NCBI RefSeq assembly: GCF_006345805.1
Contig: NC_043006.1
Span: forward strand, 6,820,001-6,884,000
DNA length: 64,000 nt
Source of the DNA: Octopus sinensis
Taxonomy: Eukaryota
Direction of reading: 5' to 3'
How positions within the stretch are numbered: position 1 is the first letter of the stretch; the number at the start of each line of letters is the position of its first letter. Under the pieces are notes generated by a model. The model did not search any database and was not told the DNA's origin. It was given only the letters and a program-made list of their open reading frames with translations. The translations under genes and the position numbers were made by a program. Shown one piece after another: positions 38,230 through 52,034 of the stretch.

Positions 38230-38830
38230 TTAAAATAGTATTTCCTGACTTCAATGAATGTGCTGTAGTGCTCCACCCAGTTCGTGGTGGTCCCATGGAC
38301 ATCATACAAATACTCATAGTTCAGCTTCCTTCGTCCTCTCCCTCCGATTGAGGAACAAGTTAGAAGAAGCAAGATCTAGTTGGTTACCAGGATGGTATTC
38401 TGGAGAGGTGCATTATCCTGGTGAAGGTGTCATCAACTTTTGCGCCGAAATCCCATCATCAACTACCTCAAAACCTCAACATAGTAACATTTGTTGACAA
38501 CCAGGCCGCTGGTAACTCAGTCGATAATAGATGCTGCTTTTGATATCGGAGAAGGGGATCATCATGAGCTTGTATTGCCTCTCCTACTTCCTTCTTGGGG
38601 AAGCAAGATGTTTCCATTACGCATTTTGTCTCTAGACCTCGGGACCATAACATTATTAGATTCAGCTTCTTCACAAGTCACCAGAGATTCCAATATCTTG
38701 GATTTGATATAATGAACACAACCCTCTCTCTGCTGTCGCTAATGCGTCTTTCCTTCTGTTCGCCACTAAGTATCCTGGGTACAAAACAGATTTAGATGAA
38801 TAATTCTGGGGACAGTTGGCACACCAACTG
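38230..38830 (-). mobile_element. Mariner transposase pseudogene
   Basis: FVPRILSGEQKERRISDSRE (WVPR), LESLVTCEE (first D, LVTCDE), VNKCYYVEVLR, GFRRK, HLHQDNAP (second D); decayed C-terminus. Confidence 0.85.
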
Positions 38831-38899
38831 TACGTTTATTATCTTTATAGACACAGGACGGTCTCTTCCAGAAATGAGTGTGTGTGCATGTGTGTGTGT

Positions 38900-39030
38900 G
38901 GGGGGTGTATCTTAGTGGTTATGGTATTTGCCTCACGATCACAAGGTCATGAACTTGATGGATCACTGAGTCCTTCAGCAAGACATTTTATTTCACGTTT
39001 CCTCTCCTCAGAGCTGCTGGAAATTAGTTG
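38900..39030 (+). mobile_element. Old SINE head/core fragment
   Basis: cttagtggttatgg..cacgatcacaaggtc..agcaagacattttatttcacgtt resembles the D/E core. Confidence 0.6.
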
Positions 39031-39059
39031 GACCTATAATTCATAGGGCTGGCTTTTTA

Positions 39060-39200
<141 letters not shown>

Positions 39201-40770
39201 TGTGTGTGTGTGTGTGTCCGTGTAAGTACGTATGTATATAAAAAAGAGAGAGATACACAACACACATACATATATATGTATGTGTGTATATTAAGATTTC
39301 ACTTAGGGAGAGTGATTGTAACGTAATTGTTAAAACCCGACTAATTTTATGTTTTGGAGTAACGTGTTAGGTGAGGTCAGAGCAAATTAGGTAATAATGA
39401 ATCATAAAACAACAGGAATTACGTCGTCGCTGTCATAAGGTCGCAACTGTTTTTGCCATAAGTAACAACGCACTCAGATGTGATTGTTTGAGCAATGTCC
39501 TATATATTGGAGACAGGCAAATAATCACATATTTTGTTTTTGATACATAGCCGCTAATCGGTCTCTGTTGCAGCTCGATCTATGGTTTTCTATCAATAAA
39601 ATCAAATGTCATTTATGTACTGTTCCAAATAAATTCATAGTGTGATAATGAAATCATTTTAAGGTAACAGTATTTGGGGGTTTCATAGCCAAATGTAATA
39701 TATGAATATGAATATAAAGTAAATCCAGATACGATATGCGTTTTGGAACATTCACAGTTCTTTGAAGTAAAAAGACCAAAAGAAAATTAATAATAGATGA
39801 AACCAGTTTTAGAAGCTTGCGTGTAGAAATTATTTCGCTGCATTCATTTCATGAAGCATTGACTGAATGTGAAGAAACATATTTATATACATATATTCAT
39901 ACACTCTGTAAGACAGCGTATACCAATTGTATTTACGCATTTCTAAGAAGCGTATATGGTTCTTAAAGCGCTTGGAATGTGTATTCTTCCTCTTTTATAG
40001 ACTGGGGAGTAGCTGCTAAAATAAAATGTGCTTGCTAAGAAACATTCGTCAGCAATAAATCAAAAAAGTCAAAAAATGAAGAATTATGTTTTAACATAAG
40101 TTTATTTACACGTAAGCGTGTGAATAAAAGTTTCGACTGCCTAGAGCATCTGTCTCCTCGCTATTCCATGGCCTATATGAGTAATCAAACTATGAATCAA
40201 TCAATTCATTAAAGAAACGGTTATTCAAGAATGTATTCCCGACCTTAAAGTGTTTCTTAAGCCATGTGAAACTTATGAAACAAAAAATAAAATTCAGTAT
40301 TCTTTCGTTTTTTTTTCTATGTCTTGTATAGTTTGCGATGAATCGAATGGAGAATTACCTTGTGTATGAATGGACTGGCAATGTATTCAACCTGATAAAT
40401 TCCTATACTCCTCAATGGAGATTCTATTATGTTTCGCATGCAGTGCTGATTGAAGGAGTTGCCTTCATCTCTCCAAAGCCTATTTTCCTTCACTAAATAC
40501 ATAGATACATATACACACACACATATATGTGTGTGTATGAGTGTATTCTTTTATTATTTTGTTCTTTTACTTGTTTCCGTCATTTGACTGTGGTCATGTG
40601 CATAAAAATCGAGCGAGGCAGAGTTTATGTAACGTGATAACCCTTGTAAAATAAACTGACGAAAAACTCTGCACAGAGGTTGCATGTCCATCAAATGGGA
40701 TCAATGCAAAATAGGAGGAAACGTTGTGAGGAATAATTTTTCTCTCATATATTCCATTTTCCATCATTTG

Positions 40771-40905
<135 letters not shown>

Positions 40906-41606
40906 GCGTAAAATACAGATAAGAAAATCAATTGTATAAAATTCCTGAAGGTTTTTAATGAACATTTGCCAACTAATTTCATGATCCCAAAGTATGTTGT
41001 ACTCCGGACCCCGTAAAGAGGGCGAAATACCGATATCTACAGAAAGACAAAATAAAAGACAAAAAAAAAAAAAAAGGATTATATCGAAGTATATTATTTC
41101 TCATTCATAGAAAAATACCTTTAATAATAATAGTAAAAAAAATATTGAGTATCATGATGCAGGTGTCGAAATTGTATGTATACGCGTGTGTGTATGTGTG
41201 TGTATGTATGCAGAATAAAAATTATATAATTAGGAATGCAATACTTAATTGTAGGTTAATTTATATGTGTATATGTGTCTGAGTGTGTATCTTTAAAATG
41301 ACGTAATCAATAAAATCAATAAATGAACTAATACAAATATGCTTCTATATATTTTATGATAGTTTTTTTTCAAATAAAATCGATTATCGGATTGTACAAG
41401 ATTACTAACTTACTACGACATCATACATGAGAATTGGCAACACTTCCTGTAATTTCTCAGGGGTTGGTCACTCGTGATATGCCGAAGGATAATATATTGA
41501 TTTTCTACCTTTAAACTCCATTATGGAAATATTACTAACGCTGTGTTAATATTAACATCTTAGGTTATGTTATAATAATGTGCTTGTACACGTGTGTATA
41601 TGTGCA

Positions 41607-41646
<40 letters not shown>

Positions 41647-41708
41647 ACACACACATACACACACATATATATATACACACATATACACACATATATATAT
41701 ATATAAAA

Positions 41709-41940
41709 AGGCGGCGAGCTGGCAGAAACGTTAGCACGCTGGGCGAAATGCGTAGCTGTATTTCGTCTGTCGTCACGTTCCGAGTTCAAATTCCGCCGAG
41801 GTCGACTTTGCCTTTCATCCTTTCGGGGTCGATAAATTAAGTACCAGTTACACACTGGGGTCGATATAATCGACTTAATCCGTTTGTCTGACCTTGTTTG
41901 TCCCGTCTGTGTTTAGCCCCTTGTGGGTAGTAAAGAAATA
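41709..41940 (+). mobile_element. tRNA-derived SINE type B, full length
   Basis: Same family as 36304 and 63244. Confidence 0.92.
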
Positions 41941-42513
41941 TATATATATATATATACATACAGAGAGACGGACAGAGACTGACAGACAGGCAGAGATTGA
42001 GAGAGGGAGAGAGAGAGAGAGAGGAGGAACGGAGTGAAGGAGAAGAGAGAAACATATGTACATCGAATACAACACAGTAAAAATTTTTGATTTGCTGAAA
42101 TCAAGATGTGTCACAATAAAGTAACAGCAAATGAGACCAGCTTCATATCAAAAGAGGAGATTACTTTAAGAATGAAAATTCCTGCAGTTGTTACAGCATT
42201 AATTAAAAAGAAAGGTTAATTACCCAGATATAAAAGAATATTCTTGTGGACATGATTTTGATTCAATAGGTGTCACTAGCAAAAGAATTATTCAAATCTA
42301 TCTCCAGCAATCAAGGTTCATAGTCATGTATATAAATGGAAATAGCATATTTATCGCCTGAGTTCTTTACATAAATTAAATAAAAATTGGCTAAGGTGAA
42401 TAACCCAGTACCCGGCAATATGTCCCTGAACAATATAGACGAATACAGGTATATGAAATGCGCAACTGCATAAATTCTAGCGTAAATGCTCATGTTACAT
42501 AGGATTGAACATG

Positions 42514-42938
42514 CTCTTTTACTCTTTTACTCTTTTACTCTTTTACTTGTTTCAGTCATTTGACTGCGGCCATGCTGGAGCACCGCCTTTAGTCGAGCAA
42601 ATCGACCCCGGGACTTATTCTTTGTAAGCCCAGTACTTATTCTATCGGTTTCTTTTGCCGAACCGCTAAGTGACGGGGACGTAAACACACCAGCATCGGT
42701 TGTCAAGCAATGCTAGGGAGACAAACACAGACACACAAACACATACACACACATACATATATATATACATATACACGACAATCTTCTTTCAGTTTCTGTC
42801 TACCAAATCCACTCACAAGGCATTGGTCGGCCCGGGGATATAGTAGAAGACACTTGCCCAAGGTGCCACGCGGTGGGACTGAACCCGGAACATGTGGTTG
42901 GTTAGCAAGCTTCTTACCACAAAGCCACTCCTGCGCCT
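42514..42938 (-). mobile_element. tRNA-derived SINE type C with (AGAGTAAA)n tail
   Basis: Several TTTTACTC units at the 3' end; head reads aggcgcaggagtggct.. on the minus strand. Confidence 0.92.
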
Positions 42939-43254
42939 TCATATGCATATATATAGATTTAACGATACTTCGCAGTGCTCTTATAGTTAAACAAAATTTC
43001 GCGCCGCATGTTAGTAAATGTTCCGTTCCTTGTTTGCTTTTAGAAGAACGGAAGGTTTTAGAGGAATATGAACGACTTGGTGTCCTAGTTGATGAGCTGT
43101 AACAACACAAGACGCAAGGGTCCTACGGTTCGATAATGTCATGCATAACCCATTGATGCTTCTCCACATCATTAGAATAATTTCTCCTCAGTCTATTACC
43201 AAGTGAAACTTCTTCACACCGGTGTGTGTACACAATGTTGTTAACTATGTTTGT

Positions 43255-44190
43255 ACACACAAAGATATATATCTATCTATCCGCTCAGTTACTCGATGGA
43301 TCAGTGTTCTCCAGCCAGTTCTATCCTGGGTCGCTTCTTTCAGATTGGCTATGGCCATTCCCGTGTCACTCTTGATTGGGTCAAGACAGCGGGTTCTTGG
43401 TCGACCTCTTCCTCTCTTGCCACTGACCATTCCGAGCACGATGTCCTCCTGCAGGGATTTTCTCCGTATAATATGACCAAAATATGTCAATCTATGCTTG
43501 GTGATCCTAGCTTCTAGCGACATTTTCAGCCTGATCTGCTTTAGAACTTCCCCATTGATGAGCCTCGCTGTCCATGGGATCCGTAAAAGTCTTCTTCAAC
43601 ACCAAAGCTCGAATGCATTAATTCTCTTCTAGTCAGCTTTCTTTAGTGTCCAGGTCTCGCATCCATTTGTTGCTATTGGGAAGACGATTGCATTCACCAA
43701 TCTGCATTTGGTAGCGAGGCTGATGCCTCTACTCTTCCAGATCTTGCTCATGCTGACTGTTGCCTCTCTGCCTAGTACTATCCGCCGCCTTATTTCTGGA
43801 GTGCAGTTACCATCTCGATTTATTTTGGAGCCAAGGAAGATGAAATCTATTTCTTTACTACCCACAAGGTGTTAAACATAGAGAGGACAAACAAGGACAG
43901 ACAAACGGATTAAGTCGATTACATCGACCCCAGTGCGTAACTGGTACTTAATTTATCGACTTCGAAAGGATGAAAGGCAAAGTCGACCTCGGCGGAATTT
44001 GAATTCAGAACGTAACGGCAGACGAAATACGACTACGCATTTCGCCCGGCGTGATGAAATCATCAACCACTTCGATCTCTTCATTATCGATCTTGATGCT
44101 GATGTTTGTTGTGGCTGCTGCTGCTGACATGATCTTCGTTTTGTTGACATTGAGGTACAGCCCACAAATATACACATGTGGGTTTTCATA
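43255..44190 (-). mobile_element. RTE-BovB-like LINE 3' fragment, interrupted by SINE B
   Basis: GLYLNVNKTKIM..IEVVDDF | IFLGSKINRDG..EIRRRI..FPIATNGCETWTLKKAD*RRINAFELWC*RRLLRIPWTAR..LTYFGHIIRR..GKRGRGRPRTR..DRTGWR. Confidence 0.9.
43848..44052 (-). mobile_element. SINE type B, 5'-truncated, 9-bp TSD, nested in the RTE
   Basis: TSD GATGAAATC at 43839-43847 and 44053-44061. Confidence 0.92.
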
Positions 44191-45383
44191 TTTGTATGAA
44201 TATATCATATTCATAATATCTGATGTACGACGAAGCGACAAATAACCGGTTCGACAAGATTACACTCTTCTGTGTAATCTTCTTGCTAAGCGGCCTTTCA
44301 CACAATGACAAAGAACAACGTATGAATACATGACTTAAATGAATATAGTGAGTATGAATATAGTAAATATATATTTTTGTGTGTATAATTTAGCGCATTT
44401 CTTTGTCTTGTAGAAACATACATTGAATAGAATACTAGCATGATGACGCTTGTAATATGTTATACAAATTTTAGTCTGGTTGGTAATCAATTCCATTGTT
44501 TCGTAAACGAAAATTAATTTCCTGTTTAAAGATTAATAGTTGCATCAGAATACTTCTTATCAGATCCTTTTAGTCGACCTCATGGATTACTTTAGCGTCT
44601 TTCAGAAACGAGCAATACTATCAATTATATGAACAGTGTTAATAATCCTTTGTAGATTGAATGCACCAAGGCAACAAAATAAAACCAAATACACAATGCT
44701 ATTTCTCCTCAAGGTAGTCAGCATGCTTTAATTTTATATATTTGAAATTTTGGTAATATAAAAGACAGAAAAAAATCTCACAAAAATCATACAAGTTCAC
44801 CTATATTATTTTCGGGAAAAATTTTCTAGAAAACAAAATTATTGATTATTTCTTCATTATTCTAAAGCCTTCATTAATTGTAGCTTTGGATATAATATTG
44901 AATTCAGATAGTATGATTAGGTAGGGTTTAATTTCGTAAAGAGAAATGACATAGTTTTGTTTTATGTTTTAAACTATCCATTAAATTGTAGTAGTTTAAT
45001 GCTAAGAAAAAAATCCTTCGTATATAAAATATTTGAAAAAGATAACTTTTATTGAAGAAGAAACAAGGAACTGGTAAAAATAGGCAGAAACAAAATTTGC
45101 TATTTGGACAATAGCGAAGTAAATCAAGCTACCAATTATGTAATGGAGACAATTTCTCCCCCGATAATCAATAAAGAGATCGGCTTGCACATACTCCAGG
45201 AATGATATCTAGAAATTAACATTGACAATAACGCATAAATGACAAAGATTAACGTAAAAAAAATGTCTTCAATATGAATATGTTGAACATCAGATCCATC
45301 TAACAGTAGATATAAAGACGCATCATAGTCCAATTCGGGATGATAATGTTTCTTCTAAAGATGTGTGTATATATAAAAAAAAA

Positions 45384-45702
45384 GACTCCGCCGGTTACGA
45401 CGACGAGGGTCCCAGCTGATATGATCAACGGAACAGCTTGCTCGTGAAATTAACGTGCAAATGGCTGAGCATTCCACAGACACGTGTACCCTTAACGTAG
45501 TTCTCGGGGATAATCAGCGTGACACAGAGAGTGACAAGGCTGACCCTTTGAAATACAAGTACAACTCATTTTTGCCAGCTGAGTGGACTGGAGCAACGTG
45601 AAATAAAGTGTCTTGCTCAAGGACACAACGCGTCGCCAGGAATCGAACTCACAACCTTACGATCATGAGCTGAATGCCCTAACCACTAAGCCACGCGCCC
45701 TC
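45384..45702 (-). mobile_element. tRNA-derived SINE type E (D-like core plus A-like tail)
   Basis: Head gagggcgcgtggcttagtgg; core ttgagcaagacactttatttcacgttgctccag; tail shared with 26390-26565. Confidence 0.88.
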
Positions 45703-45844
45703 GTGTATATATATATATATATACGTATATGTATGAGTATATGTGTGTATGTGTTTGTGTGTATGTGAGTGTGTGTGCATGTGTGTGTGTGCATCTGTGT
45801 GTGGACCCGAACTTACGTGTGTGTATACGTATATATTATTCTTA

Positions 45845-46005
<161 letters not shown>

Positions 46006-46031
46006 GAAGCTACAAAGACATCACAAAAAAT

Positions 46032-46068
46032 TGTTACTCAGTGTTTCACGTTCCCGTTCGTGAAACAG
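46032..46068 (-). ncRNA. Degenerate hammerhead homologous to the 55342 family
   Basis: CTGT-TTCACGA-ACG(GGAA)CGT-GAAA-CACTGAG-TA-ACA. The core has two substitutions. Confidence 0.5.
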
Positions 46069-48339
46069 TCCTGGTTGAAAATCTCAAACAAAACTCTCTG
46101 ATGAACAGGATGTCTTTGCAATTTTATTAATCAGGCATATTACTCTACTTCCTATATTCGAGTAGGAGAAATGAAGAGAAACGGTAAGGTGTTGTTCGCT
46201 ACGAATGAGCTTTCATGAAATGAATTAAATAGCATTTATTTGACTATTCAAACCTTGAAGCTAGAATATAGTCAATGTCGATATAATGTTGTCAGTGGGT
46301 GTTTCCAACACAGTTATGAATTCTTGTTTGTTTGATTGTTTTTCTGTTTTGTTTTTTGATTTTTCTCGAAACGTTTCCAGGTGTGAGTGTTTTTACTTCC
46401 AAGTAACGATGTTTCCATTGTAGTCAATGATGAAAAGGAGCTTTGTAATATATTAAATCTAAACACATTGGTATACTCGACACGCTGGCGATTTCTAAAA
46501 GGAATGAAATAAAGACGTACATGATCACCCCGACTAGAACTTGTAAGAAATTTGTAATAAGCAAACAATATTATTAAATATGAATTCTATGCTTTCTTTT
46601 CCTCCTGCATTCCTACAATTCAATTTCCTAATATCACCACGTGTGGTAAAGGGAATTATTATCTCTCTCGAAACAGCTGTCATCACTAAAGGAAATTATG
46701 TCTATTTGAGAAGTTCCAGCTGTGAGTACATGAGAATCTACATCAAACTATTTATGATAACCTAGGCGTACTTAATTCTGAATAGATACTTCTTTGATAC
46801 CACACGCAAAGGATTACAAATAAAAATGCAGCAGCTTGAAACGATGGTCTACACCTTAAGGAATATATCGGAACACTTGTGGAATTATTGACTGCAAAAA
46901 ATAAAGTTATTGGCCAATTTTCCTGCAAACAACTATTATTCTGTATGTAAACATTAAGAACGTGGTCACTTTTCTCTCGATTACTAAACTACTAACGTTC
47001 AATGAAAAGTAAAGGAGTAAATACACGTTCTATTACTTCTTTTATATTTGATTAATTTAATCTCTGATGAAATGTTTCAGTTCTTAAAATATTCAATTTA
47101 TAAGACACCGGTTACATCATGCTGCTGAATTCCAGAAGAATGAAATTATGGCATACAAAATTACCACCAAAAAGAAATTGTAAGCATTTCGTAATAAGTA
47201 AACGAAAATGTAAATATGTAAATTCTAAGCATCTTTACTGCGTAATCCCGTATTTTGAATTCAAATTTGTAATTCCACCTCATGGTCGTTGTGGTGTTGG
47301 TGGGATTTCCCCCTGTATAATAGCAGCCATCAGTAGAGGAAACCGCGTGTAAATATGCAGAGATCTGAGTGAAAGGTCATATGAAAGTAATATAGAAAGA
47401 GATTTTCGTGGTCTGATTTGAAGTGAGAAAATTAGGGAAGCCAAATAAATATATGAAAGAAATCTTTATTAAATTCTTTAAAAATAATATTTCGTTAATA
47501 AATAAGACTTTAGTTTTACGAAATATTGCAGTAGCTATTCAGGTTGTTTGTGGAATTACGGTCCTCATGATGCCAGAGTAGCATCGTATATTCCTTGATC
47601 AATATTCTATCATTCCAGCGAGTTGCACTTAATTCATATTGTTGTTAATATTTGATACAAGTAAACCGTGGAATTATACCATAATAACATATCTGGAGGT
47701 CTGTATTACTATAATAGCTTCGAATAAATTCTTTCCCATCTGGCCTAACATTCTTTCTCATAAGGATATCTTTGATATCCTTATAGAAACGTAAGTTACA
47801 AATACAACATTTAGAGAGGACATCTCTTACAACAACAAAGTAAATGGAGTGATTGGCAGTAGACTTTATCAAAATAGCGACTCTTATATAATAAATTAAC
47901 ATGTAATTTACTACTAACATCATACACTCTCAGATTTACACGGCTAAACTTGATAAAATGGATAAGTTAAAAATGAGTATTACAGTCAGTTCTTCATTTT
48001 TCCCGACGAAGTGAATATATTTCTGCAATGAGTTATGCAGCGTTGTTTTCGATCGCTCGACAGACAACTGTGTGCTTATTAATTTTCTCTTACATAAAAA
48101 GAAAAATGTAATCTCTTGGTTCAAGACAATTATGTTGTCTGTACTTCCTATTATCTATTTCATGTCTAATCAAACCGAATTGTTAAGCGTGTTTTCTATC
48201 GTGTGGTGTATTTTGTCTATGTAACTTCCCGAGAAAACTAACTTGTTGCTTTTTTTAGTTTATTTTGCAAAGGCTATACGCGTTCCATCAACTAACAGCT
48301 TACGCTTATAAGGTTTAGCGATGAACTCATAAAATTAAT

Positions 48340-48520
48340 ATTGGTTTAAATTTTGGCACGAGGCCAGCAATTTCAGGGGAGGAAGTAAGTCGATTACAAC
48401 AACCTCAGTATTCAACTGGTACTTATTTTAATCGACCTCGAAAGCATGAATTTGAACTCAGAAGAAAAAGACAGACGAAATGCCGCTAATGCTGCGCTAA
48501 CGATTCGGCCAGTACACCGC
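48340..48520 (-). mobile_element. Old SINE B subfamily copy with internal deletion
   Basis: Head and tail (gctggcc..gccaaaatt..accaat) match the diverged B copy at 63478-63682. Confidence 0.7.
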
Positions 48521-48599
48521 TTTACTCATGAAATTACTATTGACTTTAATATATGTAAACCCCAACAGAACGAACAAACAGAACCGTTATCACCCAGGA

Positions 48600-48783
48600 A
48601 AAAATTCTTAGCAGTATTTCTTCTGTCTTCGGGTTCTGAGTTCAAATACCACCGAGACTGACTTTGCCTTTCATCATTCGAGTTCGATCAAATAACTGCT
48701 ATTTCGGCAATAGGATCGATGTAATCGACTTATCTTTCCCCACCACCGATAATGCTGTCCTCGTGTCAAAATTTGGAATCAAT
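48600..48783 (+). mobile_element. Old SINE B subfamily copy
   Basis: ttctgagttcaaat..gactttgcctttcatc..gatgtaatcgactta..caaaatttggaatcaat. Confidence 0.7.
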
Positions 48784-48795
48784 ATATGTAAACCT

Positions 48796-49087
48796 GTGGA
48801 GGCGCAATGGCTTAGTGGTTAGGACAGTGGACTCGCGGTCGCAGGATCGCGGTTTCGATTCCCAGACCGGGCGTTGTGAGTGTTTATCGAGCGGAAACAT
48901 CTAAAAGCTCCACGAGGCTCCGACAGGGGGTGGTGATCCCTGCTGTACTCTTTCACCACTCTTTCTCCCACTCTTTCTTCTGTTGGCCTGCTCGCTTAGC
49001 CAGCGGGGTGGCTAAAACAATGCGAACGCATTGTGACCAGCGATGTGTAACAACATCTGATGGTCTGGTCGGTCACGTGATCACGTG
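48796..49087 (+). mobile_element. SINE with type A head and alternative tail, 12-bp TSD
   Basis: The first about 175 bp match 26182. TSD ATATGTAAACCT at 48784-48795 and 49088-49099. Confidence 0.9.
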
Positions 49088-50557
49088 ATATGTAAACCTA
49101 CGCAGGAGATAGAAAACATATCGGTTTGCTTTACTCTCAGTAGATAGATGTGAAGCCGCAATGGGGTGACGTCAGAGATGTCTATATATCTTGACCAATC
49201 GCAATGAAGCAAATGAAATATAGACGCGTGAGAAAACCGAAGCAACGAATTTGGATACTTTAATGTGTAATATCAGAGATCGGTTAAAGAAGAACTCACT
49301 CGACCCAATATCAAGATTAGATATAGCATGTGTATAACTACATAGCATTATACAAAGGTCTCAAATTTATCTATTTTCCCGCCATTTGAAAAGCATGTTT
49401 AGAAGTAATAAAGTATGAACGTTAACAATATAAATATTGTAATATAGACCTTTCAGCAATGGAGGTGAGAATTTAGGCAAAATATGTAAACTGATGGTAA
49501 GAAAATAAGACGCAAACAAAACATCACCGTACGTAGGTTGTTTAATTCTTCAAATATAGTTCAACCAACCTTCCATTAGAAGATCGAAAACAACTCAAGA
49601 GTTAGGAAAACCTATTATCGGCGAGTCATTTTGTTGAATTTTTAATCTGAAATTATTAAAATAATACTCATACTTTAACAATTATTATTTTCTATTTCAT
49701 AGTCTCTTTATGATTGTGAAACAGTGCAATGATTTTCATTTAGAGAATTATCTCACGGCCAAAACGCTTCATCAATCGAGAGATAATTACTGATCAACAC
49801 AAAAAAAAACGCACACAAAACTCTGGCGACAAATCTGGAAAAGACTTGGTCCCATTACGTCTCCTCAACTGAGCATAATCTTTACCATAATTTCAGCGAT
49901 AAGAACTTACGCTCATTATGACGGATGATAGGATGTGGAAAATTAGCATAAATCACGGAAATATTTTCTTAGTTTAATTTCTTAGTTTAAAAATGTTATA
50001 GACAAAAAGGCTATATTACAGAAAAAAAGAGTTTTATTATCAAATTACTTAATGCAGAAAGAGCAATAGTTAATCGCTAAACAAAAGACAATATAAATTA
50101 ATATTAATTTAAATGTTTGGGGAGCAGGCAGGGGCGACAACAACGGATATGTCTGCTTTATATTAAACATATGCAGTAAAGTTTAAATTTCAGCTTATTT
50201 ACCGAGGTAGTCGATAAAAGTTATGGTTTAATATGTCCCTTCACCACCTAATTATTCCTAATTAGATTTTAGTGGCCACTGCATAGAAGCTAACTTAATG
50301 ATAGGAAATTAATTTGACTCTTAAATTTCCATATGATTGTATGGGAGGATGATTGCCCATAATAGTTATTTCCTTTATGCAACCAGCATTAAAATAGAAA
50401 TGCCGCTTCATAATTGTCTTCATTCGTAATTCGTATAATGTATAAAATGATTTCAGTTGTTAAAAACAATGGACACTCATCAAGGTCCACAATTACACAA
50501 TACAAACAGTTGCTGGAATCAAAGAAAACGGCAATATTACAATAAAATGAAGAATAT

Positions 50558-50593
<36 letters not shown>

Positions 50594-50777
50594 ATGTATG
50601 TATGTATGTATGTACATATGTATGTGTGTATACACAGAGGGGAATAGAGAGAAAGAAAAATGGAGTGACAGAGATGTTTATGTCCATTTCGATTAAATTC
50701 TTGTTATTGTGATACTCATAATCTTCCATACAACCACTTCATGCTTCGTTTTATTGAGGTATACACACAAACACATC

Positions 50778-50848
<71 letters not shown>

Positions 50849-51019
50849 GTAAATATGTGTGTTTGTGTATGTGTGTGTATAAATATAGTGCGTGTGTGTA
50901 TGTGAATACTGTAGCCCTAGAAAAGTTGAAGAATTGGGCAAAAGATTTTTCACATATAGGACATACTATATTTTATCCCCGTTCGTTACATATTTATTTT
51001 ATAGCTAATATATAAACAA

Positions 51020-51972
51020 ACATTATTTACATTATTCAAATTTGACGGATATTTGTCCTCATCTTGTTTGTTGCCAACACAGCGTTTAAGCTGATATACC
51101 CTCCAGCCTTCATCAGGTGTCTTGGGGAAATTTCGAAGCTAGGTTCTCATTCCTAAGGTATTTTTCAATGTTATTATTATTATTATTATTATTCTATGTT
51201 TGACTTTTGCTTTATATTTGTACAAGTTGGCTCCAAGTCTCACCCAGAGACCTCAAGAGACAACAGGGTTGGAAGTTCATGTTGTTGTTATGCCTAGTGT
51301 GCCATATATTTGGGGGGTGGGGATGTTGTACTAATGAATATCTAAAAAAAAAAATTTTTTTTTTTTTTTTTTAAACCGAAAATTATGTTTGTTTTAAACC
51401 TTGAGATTACATAGAGAGTATTTTGCGTAGGATATGAGCAGTTCCCATGAGCACTATCTTTTGAACTTCTGCCATTTTGGGGTTTCCTGGTATCTGAGTT
51501 AGGTAGCTATCAGCCCCTTTTGCTATCATTCCCAGGGCACCTATGACAACAGGTATTGTTTTAGTCTTCAGCTTCCACATTTTGCTGATTTCTATTTCAA
51601 GATCTTTATATTTGCTCAGTTTTTGGAAGGTCTTGACAGATACGTTTATATCGATTGGGACAGTCATATCAATGAGGAGGCATGTTCTTTGTTTGAAGTC
51701 TTTCAATATGATGTCTGGCCTATTTGCATCTATCTTCCTGTCAGTTTGAATGGTGAAGTTCCAGATGAGTGAGATGTGGTCATTTTCAAGCACTGGGGGT
51801 GGTTTGTGTTCCCACCAGTTTTTTTCATGGGGCAAATCCAGGTTTTTACAGATTACCCAGTGAATATATTGTGCAGCTCTATCGTGCCTGTTGAGATACT
51901 TTATTGTGCAGCTCTATCGTGCCTGTTGAGATACTAATATATTGTGCAGCTCTATCGTGCCTGTTGAGATAC

Positions 51973-52034
<62 letters not shown>

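Noticed and set aside
51866-51973. CRISPR-like array (three 33-38 bp repeats)
   Set aside because: The repeats are adjacent with 0-3 nt between them, there are no spacers or cas genes, and they are part of a LINE ORF in eukaryotic DNA.
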